From the NCBI GenBank assembly GCA_046757165.1, contig JBHHXT010000002.1, positions 32,001 through 96,000 of the forward strand: DNA of 64,000 nucleotides. The letters are read 5' to 3'. The position numbers were made by a program, and so were the translations under genes. The DNA is from a bacterium (lineage in GTDB: Bacteria > Zhuqueibacterota > Zhuqueibacteria > Oceanimicrobiales > Oceanimicrobiaceae). Below the pieces are notes generated by a model. That model made no database searches. It saw nothing but the letters and a program-made list of their open reading frames with translations, and was not told where the DNA came from. Positions 57,061 through 64,000 of this stretch are shown piece by piece (the stretch's first letter is position 1; the number at the start of each line of letters is the position of its first letter).

Positions 57061-59148
57061 TTAGTTGGAGTTTTTTGGGAGGAGCACTTTTCGGCTGAGA
57101 TCGAGTTTTCCTTGAGCGTCAATGTCCAACAATTTGACCTCCACTTCATCCCCGAGTTTTAGCACATCCTCAACCTTGTTTATTCTTTCATGGGCGATCT
57201 GCGATATGTGCAACAAACCTTCTTTGCCAGGCAGAATTTCGACGAAAGCACCGAAGTTTGTTATCTTTTTGACCTTGCCCATATATGTCTTACCTCGCTC
57301 AGGCTCCTGGACCAGATGGCTAATCATGTCTTGAGCCATCTGGCTACTCTCAGGTTCGGCTGAGGCAATGGTGATGGTGCCATCATCCTCAATATTGATC
57401 GTCGCACCTGATTTGTCGGTGATTTCGCGGATGGTTTTGCCACCCGGCCCGATGATACTCCCGATATAATCAGGGTTCACCTTCATGGTGGTGATCCGTG
57501 GCGCGAACGGGGACATCTCGTCTCTAGGTGCACTCAGTGTCCGGCCCATGACTTCCAGGATTTTCAGGCGGGCGGCCTTCGCTTTTTCCAGTGCTGTCCC
57601 CAGTACCTCAGCCGGAATACCCTTGATCTTAATATCCATCTGGAACCCTGTGATACCCGCTGCAGAGCCAGCAACCTTGAAATCCATATCACCCAAATGG
57701 TCCTCGTCTCCGAGAATATCGGTCAGAATATGATATTCACCATTCTCCTTGATGAGTCCCATAGCAATACCAGCGATTGACGTCTTTAGAGGAACACCCG
57801 CATCCATAAGAGACAACGTCCCGGCACAAACAGTGGCCATGGAAGACGAGCCATTCGATTCCAGTATTTCGGAAACGACGCGTACTGTGTAGGGGAACAC
57901 GTTTTCGGACGGCATCGCCGGCTTTATGGACCTCTCCGCCAGGTTTCCGTGGCCGACTTCTCGGCGAGTTGTGCCGCGAAGCGGGCGAATGTCTCCAACG
58001 CAAAACGGAGGGAAATTGTAGTGCAGCATATAGCTCTTCCAGAACTGGCCTTCCAGCTCATCCATTTTCTGCTCATCTATCTTCGTACCCAGTGTGGTGG
58101 TGGCGAGTGCCTGTGTCTGCCCCCGCGTGAACAGGGCAGAACCGTGTGTTCGAGGTAGCACCTTGACCTCACAGGTTATGTCGCGAACATCGTCCAGGCT
58201 GCGGCCATCGATACGCGTGCCCTCTTGCACGATCTTTTGACGAACCAATTCCTTTTCGCACTCATGAATAATATTGGCGATCGTGTCTTCTGATTCAGGG
58301 TATTCCTCGGACAGGTGCTCGATTGTTTCATCCACGAGTTGCTTGAGGGCCCGTTTGCGCAGATTTGTATCCGAGAGTGCGATGACTTCTTCTAATTTCG
58401 GCCGGGCATGAGCCATGACTTTCTCGGTTAAGTCCACCGGAACAGGCTCAGGGATAAACTCGCGCTTGGGTTTGCCAGCCTGCTCAGCAAGTTTTGTTTG
58501 TAGTTCGATCAGATTCCGAATCTTCTCATGGCCGAATTGCAGTGCGCTCACCATGTCCTCTTCGGCAACCTCCTTTGCCTCGCCTTCCACCATCACGATT
58601 GATTCCAACGTACCAGCGATGACAAGGTCGAGATCGCTTTTTTCCAGATCGCTATAGGCGGGGTTGAGAACGAATTGACCATCTACCCTCCCAACCCGAA
58701 CGCCGGCGATGGTGCTGGTGAAGGGAATGTCCGAGATCAGCAGAGCGGCGGATGCTCCCGTTATGGCGATGATATCAGGGTCATTCTCCTTGTCTGCGGA
58801 CAGAACCGAGATAAGAATTTGCACCTCACATCTGTAGCCATCTTCAAACAAAGGCCGAATAGACCGGTCGACCAACCTTGCGCTGAGAATCTCATTTTCG
58901 CTCGGTCGGCCCTCCCGCTTGAAAAACCCTCCCGGTATTTTGCCGGCCGAGTAGGCTTTTTCGCGGTAATCCACTGTTAAGGGGAAAAAAGTAAGGCCTT
59001 CTGTCGGCTCTTCGGACCCAACGACAGCAACCAGAACAATGGTGTCTCCCAGTCTCACCAGAACGGCACCATCTGCCTGTTTGGCTAACCTGCCAGTTTC
59101 AATAGAATAGTTCTTGCCATCTAACTCAAGTTGTTCTACAAATACCAT
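57061..59148 (-). CDS. pnp: Polyribonucleotide nucleotidyltransferase
   Basis: FFPLTVDYRE, GGFFKREGRP, RREVGHG, SNGSSSMA and DMDFKVAG; KH and S1 domains. Confidence 0.98.
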   Translation of the reverse strand: MVFVEQLELDGKNYSIETGRLAKQADGAVLVRLGDTIVLVAVVGSEEPTEGLTFFPLTVDYREKAYSAGKIPGGFFKREGRPSENEILSARLVDRSIRPLFEDGYRCEVQILISVLSADKENDPDIIAITGASAALLISDIPFTSTIAGVRVGRVDGQFVLNPAYSDLEKSDLDLVIAGTLESIVMVEGEAKEVAEEDMVSALQFGHEKIRNLIELQTKLAEQAGKPKREFIPEPVPVDLTEKVMAHARPKLEEVIALSDTNLRKRALKQLVDETIEHLSEEYPESEDTIANIIHECEKELVRQKIVQEGTRIDGRSLDDVRDITCEVKVLPRTHGSALFTRGQTQALATTTLGTKIDEQKMDELEGQFWKSYMLHYNFPPFCVGDIRPLRGTTRREVGHGNLAERSIKPAMPSENVFPYTVRVVSEILESNGSSSMATVCAGTLSLMDAGVPLKTSIAGIAMGLIKENGEYHILTDILGDEDHLGDMDFKVAGSAAGITGFQMDIKIKGIPAEVLGTALEKAKAARLKILEVMGRTLSAPRDEMSPFAPRITTMKVNPDYIGSIIGPGGKTIREITDKSGATINIEDDGTITIASAEPESSQMAQDMISHLVQEPERGKTYMGKVKKITNFGAFVEILPGKEGLLHISQIAHERINKVEDVLKLGDEVEVKLLDIDAQGKLDLSRKVLLPKNSN

Positions 59149-59272
59149 GTCACAATCAACTCCTTAAACATTGAAATTGCATAGCTATCAGATTGGGACT
59201 GCGGCAGTGATCATCGCAATACCAACAGTGTTTTGCGGGCTAAATGTCCAGATATCGGATACCAGTGCTGTC

Positions 59273-59542
59273 TCAGCGTCTGATGCCTAATTGTTTGATG
59301 AGAACACGATATCTCTCGATGTCCTTCTTAGCCAGGTAGTCCAGCAGGCGCCTCCTCTTACCAACCATCTTGAGCAAACCGCGTCTGGAGTGATGGTCTT
59401 TTTTGTGAGTTTGGAAATGGGGCGTCAACTGGTTGATGTTCTCGGTTAGTATCGCGATTTGAACCTCAGTTTTGCCCGAGTCATGCCCGCTGTTTCCGTA
59501 TTTCTCTATGATCTCGCCTTTCTTCTCCTTTGTTAATGACAT
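59273..59542 (-). CDS. rpsO: 30S ribosomal protein S15
   Basis: [13 protein letters not shown] and [23 protein letters not shown]. Confidence 0.98.
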   Translation of the reverse strand: MSLTKEKKGEIIEKYGNSGHDSGKTEVQIAILTENINQLTPHFQTHKKDHHSRRGLLKMVGKRRRLLDYLAKKDIERYRVLIKQLGIRR

Positions 59543-60486
59543 TTAGCCTCCTGTGAATTATTTAGTATTTCAATACTTAGTTTTCTATCTTCATGGAGTT
59601 GTCGAATGAGATCAGATGGGCAGGAAAAACGCACCTCATTCCGAATTCTCTCGACAAACTCAATCTGAAGTTGATGATTGTAAATATCCTGCTCGAAATC
59701 GAAAATATGGACCTCCAGGGAGACTTCAGATTCGTTGAACGTCGGCCTAATCCCGATGTTCATCATTCCCTTGAGCTTTCGTTGTCCACAGTAAACGTAA
59801 ACCGCATAAACCCCATTTCCGGGAACGAGTTTCTTCTTCGAATCGAGCAAGATATTTGCGGTTGGATACTCTAGCACCTGTCCGCGGCCGCTCCCCCGGG
59901 TGACGATTCCACTGATGCGGTAATTTCTGCCCAACGCCTTCGCGGCTTTCTTGACATCCCCCTCTCTTAGAAACTCCCTGATGGTGGTGCTGTTGAGGAC
60001 ATAGTCCTCGGTCCTGAGCTCGGGGAATTCCTCAACATCAAAATGCAGCTCGCGAGCCAGGATTTTGAGCGTTTGAAGGCCACCTTCTCGATGCCTTCCA
60101 AATGTGTGGTCATATCCAATGATGATTCTCTTGAACCCGATCGTCTCAAACAGGACTTTCCGTACGAATTCATCGGAAGGTGTATGAGAGAACTCCTGAG
60201 TAAAGGTGATGATGACGGCGCGCTCAATTTGTAATTGCTGCAGGATCTCGAGTTTTTCCTCAACCGTTGTTAAGATCTTCAGCTCATTGTTTGGCGACAC
60301 ATTCAAGACGAGTTTCGGATGCGGAGAGAAAGTCACAAGCGTGCTGGCGGCTCCCAACGCCTCGGCTTGCTTTCTCAACTCCTTCAAGATATATTGATGA
60401 CCGAGGTGGACACCGTCAAAACTTCCAACGGTCAATATGGCATTTTCTTCTCTTCGGACACTCTGGAGGTCCCGATAGATTTCCAT
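59533..60486 (-). CDS. ribF: Bifunctional riboflavin kinase/FAD synthetase
   Basis: [29 protein letters not shown] and EVHIFDF. Confidence 0.96.
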   Translation of the reverse strand: MEIYRDLQSVRREENAILTVGSFDGVHLGHQYILKELRKQAEALGAASTLVTFSPHPKLVLNVSPNNELKILTTVEEKLEILQQLQIERAVIITFTQEFSHTPSDEFVRKVLFETIGFKRIIIGYDHTFGRHREGGLQTLKILARELHFDVEEFPELRTEDYVLNSTTIREFLREGDVKKAAKALGRNYRISGIVTRGSGRGQVLEYPTANILLDSKKKLVPGNGVYAVYVYCGQRKLKGMMNIGIRPTFNESEVSLEVHIFDFEQDIYNHQLQIEFVERIRNEVRFSCPSDLIRQLHEDRKLSIEILNNSQEAKCH

Positions 60487-61227
60487 CTACTTATCTACTG
60501 TGTTCAGCACGTTGGTGTTTTTCTGCACAAATTCGGCGAGCGGCCTCGCATCCTGAAGTGTGTACGGGCCAACACGGGTGCGTGTTAGCGCCGTTAGATG
60601 TCCACCTGAGTTTAACCTGGCACCAATGTCGTGAGCAATCGAACGGATGTAGGTGCCTTTTGAGCACGTGATTTTCAGCGTGACCATGGGTAGCTCAACA
60701 TCCAGTATCACCATTCGGTGAACCGTCACTTTGCGGGGCGGGCGATCGACCGTCATACCCTTGCGAGCCAGGCGGTAGAGACGCTCGCCGTTTACTTTCA
60801 CGGCAGAATACATCGGGGGAGTTTGCCAGATCTCTCCTTCAAACTGTTTGCACACCGTCACCACGGCGTGTGAAGACAAAGCCGCAGTATCATGCTCAGC
60901 GACTACCGTTCCGGTACAGTCGAATGTGTCCGTTTCCTTCCCCAGCTCCACCTGAGCCACGTATTCCTTTTCAAAAGCCATGAGCTCATCCACCCGCTTG
61001 GTGGCTTTGCCGGTGCACACCAGGAGGACGCCGGTTGCGAATGGGTCGAGCGTGCCAGCGTGCCCGACCTTCTTCACCCGCACCGAGTTGCGCACCTTGC
61101 GGACGACATCGAATGACGTCCACCCTTCTGGCTTGTTGATGTTGAGAATGGCACCCTTCTCAAATTCAGCGTGCGAAAGATTGCAGGAAGGAGAAATGTC
61201 AGGAATTTGTCGGCGCAGATTCGTCAC
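60487..61227 (-). CDS. truB: tRNA pseudouridine(55) synthase
   Basis: KVGHAGTLDPFATG, PPMYSA and CSKGTYIRS. Confidence 0.97.
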   Translation of the reverse strand: MTNLRRQIPDISPSCNLSHAEFEKGAILNINKPEGWTSFDVVRKVRNSVRVKKVGHAGTLDPFATGVLLVCTGKATKRVDELMAFEKEYVAQVELGKETDTFDCTGTVVAEHDTAALSSHAVVTVCKQFEGEIWQTPPMYSAVKVNGERLYRLARKGMTVDRPPRKVTVHRMVILDVELPMVTLKITCSKGTYIRSIAHDIGARLNSGGHLTALTRTRVGPYTLQDARPLAEFVQKNTNVLNTVDK

Positions 61228-61576
61228 CCTCTTGCTGGTTGAGCTGGTTCAAAAGTGTTTCGATGTCATGAGCATAGGCCGCAGACTTGTCATAGACAAA
61301 AGAAAGGTCGGGCACAAAGCGCAAATCAGTTCGACTGCCTAACTGCGAGCGGATGAAGCGTTTTGCACGGTCCAACCCCTGCAAGCTATTCTCCGCAGAC
61401 GTATCTTTTCCTATGATGCTTACATACACTTTTGCAAATCTGAGATCATCGGAGAGGGTGACTTTTGTCACCGACGCCATGCCAATGAGCGGGTCCTTGA
61501 GTTCCCGAGCGATGATGTGACTTATTTCCTGCCGTAACAGCTCGGCCACCCTCTGAGAGCGTTTGAAGTCTGCCAT
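61199..61576 (-). CDS. rbfA: Ribosome-binding factor A
   Basis: R.QRVAELL...DLRFAKVYVS...LRFVPDLSF.YD. Confidence 0.95.
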   Translation of the reverse strand: MADFKRSQRVAELLRQEISHIIARELKDPLIGMASVTKVTLSDDLRFAKVYVSIIGKDTSAENSLQGLDRAKRFIRSQLGSRTDLRFVPDLSFVYDKSAAYAHDIETLLNQLNQQEGDESAPTNS

Positions 61577-61582
61577 ATTACG

Positions 61583-61864
61583 TTAATAAAACTCCAGTAT
61601 GTGGTCCAGAACCTCAACTCTTCCTTCCTGGTTGATTAGATTCATAATCTCGCTCATTGATAAATCGATGAACCGTTCTTCATTTGACACCAGCGAAATG
61701 CCCAGTGAAACTCTTTGCCACTTGTCGAGATTGTCCACTTCGGCGACAGAGACGTTGAACTTATTTCGAATCCTTGTTTTCAAGCTGGCCAAGACTCCTC
61801 TCTTTGCTTTTAGAGAGTTGCTGTCCGGGAGGAAAAGTTCAACTCTGAGGACACCGACAAGCAT
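61583..61864 (-). CDS. DUF503 (YlxP) family protein
   Basis: SLKAKRGVL...KFNVSVAEV...WQR; conserved position between infB and rbfA. Confidence 0.9.
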   Translation of the reverse strand: MLVGVLRVELFLPDSNSLKAKRGVLASLKTRIRNKFNVSVAEVDNLDKWQRVSLGISLVSNEERFIDLSMSEIMNLINQEGRVEVLDHILEFY

Positions 61865-61878
61865 GGGTTTTCTTGACC

Positions 61879-63999
61879 CTAAAGTGTTCGGGCAGTTTCC
61901 ACCTTTCTGTAGGTTTCAATAATGTCCCCGACCTTGATGTCGTCAAAATCATCGAGGTTAATACCGCATTCAAAGCCTGAGGATACTTCCCGAACATCTT
62001 CCTTGAATCGTTTCAATGAGCTGATTTTTGTTTCCTGGATCAGCTTATCATTGCGGTAGACACGCGTGAAATCGTTACGTGAGGCTTTGCCTGATACGAC
62101 GTAACTGCCCGCAATGGTGCCAATTTTGGGCACTTTAAAGGTCTCCCGAACTTCGATAGTGGAAGTCAATTCCTCGGTGATTTCTGGGTCCAGCATGCCT
62201 TCGAGGGCCGCTTTGACCTCTTCCACGGCAGAGTAAATGATATCATAGAGCCGGATATCGATCTCCTCCTGCTTGGCGAGCTCACGTGCCTGAATGGTCG
62301 GTCGGACATGAAATCCGATGATGATCGCATTGGAAGCAGAGGCCAGCAAGATATCCGACTCGGAGATGCCGCCAACCGCTTTGTGAATGACTTTCACAGA
62401 GACTTCAGCATTTGACAATTTCATCAGGGCATCGCTCAGGGCCTCAATCGAGCCATCTACGTCGGCCTTCAAGATAATGTTGAGTTCCTTGATCTTGCCT
62501 TGCTGAATCTGCTCAGCGATCTGGTCGAGCGTCAGATGGCGTTGCGTGCGAAATTCTTGTTCGCGCCTCAGTTGTTGACGTTTCGTACTGATTTCCCGGA
62601 CTTCTCGCTCGGTAGTCAGCACCACGAAGTTATCGCCTGCTTGCGGCACGCCATCAAAGCCGATGACTTGCACCGGGGTTGAAGGCGGTGCAGCGGAGAC
62701 CTTTCGGCTTCGTTCATCGTACATCGCGCGTACTTTGCCACTACGGTGCCCGGCAACAAATAGATTCCCGACGCGCAAGGTGCCACTCTGTACCAAGACG
62801 GTGCCGACGGCGCCCTTTCCTTTGTCCAATTTGGCCTCAATGATCACGCCGCGTGCCGTCCGGTCGCGGTTTGCTTTCAATTCCAGCACTTCAGCCTCCA
62901 GAAGAATCAAATCGAGCAGCCGATCGACCCCTTGGCCGGTTTTGGCAGACATTTCGACACACTGGTATTTTCCACCCCACTCCTCAATCAGGATGTTGTG
63001 TTCCGCTAACTGCTTTTTTATCACGTCCGGATTTGCAGACGGCTTATCAATCTTGTTGATGGCCACGACAATCGGAACATGGGCGGCCAAAGCATGGCTG
63101 ATAGCTTCGATCGTTTGCGGCTGCACACCGTCATCAGCCGCCACGATCAGGACGACCAAATCAGTTGCCTGAGCCCCCCTGGCGCGCATGGCAGTGAATG
63201 CCTCATGGCCCGGGGTGTCCAGGAAAGTGATCTCCTTGCCATTGACCGAGACCTCATAAGCACCGATGTGCTGAGTGATGCCTCCAGATTCTCCGGAGAT
63301 AATGCTGCTATTACGGACGAAATCTAACAGCGAGGTCTTGCCATGGTCAACGTGGCCCATGATCGTGACGACAGGCGGGCGGGTTACCGCGGCTGCCAGG
63401 TCGTCATCGGTATCGCCATACCTGTCTATGATTTCAGCGCCATACTCTTCGATTTTTTCGGTCACAAATCCAAATTCATCGGCCACCGCCTCGATCGTAT
63501 CTATGGTCAGGCGCTGATTGATCGAAACCATGACGCCCAGCTCGAGACATTTTGTAATCACCTGACCTGCATCGATCCCTAGCAAGTCCGCCAATTCCGC
63601 TACCGATATGAACTCGCTTACTTTGATGATGCTATCTTGGTCTTCCGGGGCTTCTACGCCCGAGTCTCTGGTTCTCTTCCGCCGGCGTTTAGGTTTGACC
63701 TCATCCATGGCCGCGAGAGTTTGCTTGATCGATTCCTGGATTTCCTCCTCGCTGATCTTCCGTTTCCTTTTCTTCTTGCCTTTGCCTTTCCGTTTGGTTT
63801 TATCTTCCTGGGCTTCCGGTTTCGGCTTGACCCCAGTTTCATCAGCTACAGCTTTTTCTCCACGTTTTGGTCCGGATTCGGTTGGCACTGCTTTTTCGGC
63901 TGCCGCCGCTTCAGGCGAAATCTTGTCCTTTGCTTTCGTCTCAGCCGCAGCACTAATCGTCGTTGTTTGATCAGGTTTGGCTTCTGCGTCTTTCGGTTT
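61879..63999 (-). CDS. infB: Translation initiation factor IF-2, 5'-partial
   Basis: MGHVDHGKTSLLD, GGITQHIGAY, DTPGH and NKID; frame stays open to the window edge. Confidence 0.98.
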   Translation of the reverse strand, partial: KPKDAEAKPDQTTTISAAAETKAKDKISPEAAAAEKAVPTESGPKRGEKAVADETGVKPKPEAQEDKTKRKGKGKKKRKRKISEEEIQESIKQTLAAMDEVKPKRRRKRTRDSGVEAPEDQDSIIKVSEFISVAELADLLGIDAGQVITKCLELGVMVSINQRLTIDTIEAVADEFGFVTEKIEEYGAEIIDRYGDTDDDLAAAVTRPPVVTIMGHVDHGKTSLLDFVRNSSIISGESGGITQHIGAYEVSVNGKEITFLDTPGHEAFTAMRARGAQATDLVVLIVAADDGVQPQTIEAISHALAAHVPIVVAINKIDKPSANPDVIKKQLAEHNILIEEWGGKYQCVEMSAKTGQGVDRLLDLILLEAEVLELKANRDRTARGVIIEAKLDKGKGAVGTVLVQSGTLRVGNLFVAGHRSGKVRAMYDERSRKVSAAPPSTPVQVIGFDGVPQAGDNFVVLTTEREVREISTKRQQLRREQEFRTQRHLTLDQIAEQIQQGKIKELNIILKADVDGSIEALSDALMKLSNAEVSVKVIHKAVGGISESDILLASASNAIIIGFHVRPTIQARELAKQEEIDIRLYDIIYSAVEEVKAALEGMLDPEITEELTSTIEVRETFKVPKIGTIAGSYVVSGKASRNDFTRVYRNDKLIQETKISSLKRFKEDVREVSSGFECGINLDDFDDIKVGDIIETYRKVETARTL

Positions 64000-64000
64000 T

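Noticed and set aside
57027..57149. N-terminal extension of the M16 peptidase
   Set aside because: It overlaps the pnp 3' end; the family-like sequence begins at MSETQY (57026).

Overview
Gene-dense bacterial chromosomal segment, mostly housekeeping. The protein families and gene order suggest an FCB-group organism such as KSB1/Calditrichota; that assignment is inference only. Genes from 1 to 51.7 kb are almost all on the + strand: PAS/GAF sensor, RsbV/RsbW/RsbU-type partner-switching module, mltG, pcrA/uvrD, ECF sigma with zinc-finger anti-sigma and VIT-vWA protein, nadC-mce-uvrC, purL, atypical hutH, hisS, radA-tgt-yajC-def-fmt-rsmB-rpe, csp, xerD-birA. Genes from 51.9 to 64 kb are all on the - strand: two tRNA-Pro, ald, pnp, rpsO, ribF, truB, rbfA, infB. 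A 28-bp dif-like Xer site (51744-51771) sits exactly at the strand switch, so the window probably spans the replication terminus. The most unusual element is a flagellar regulatory block at 45.3-51.7 kb with no intact flagellar structural genes in the window. It contains a sigma54 promoter, an FlgR/FlrC-like activator, a second sigma54 promoter, fliA, a GAF protein, a REC-PAS-HisKA protein without an ATPase domain, a truncated flgA-like gene, csrA and a TPR protein. About 11 kb upstream is an unannotated candidate sigma54-driven sRNA (about 34335-34564, - strand) with a perfect CsrA-binding consensus. No CRISPR array, rRNA or transposase was recognised. All calls come from reading motifs by eye; no database searches were run.
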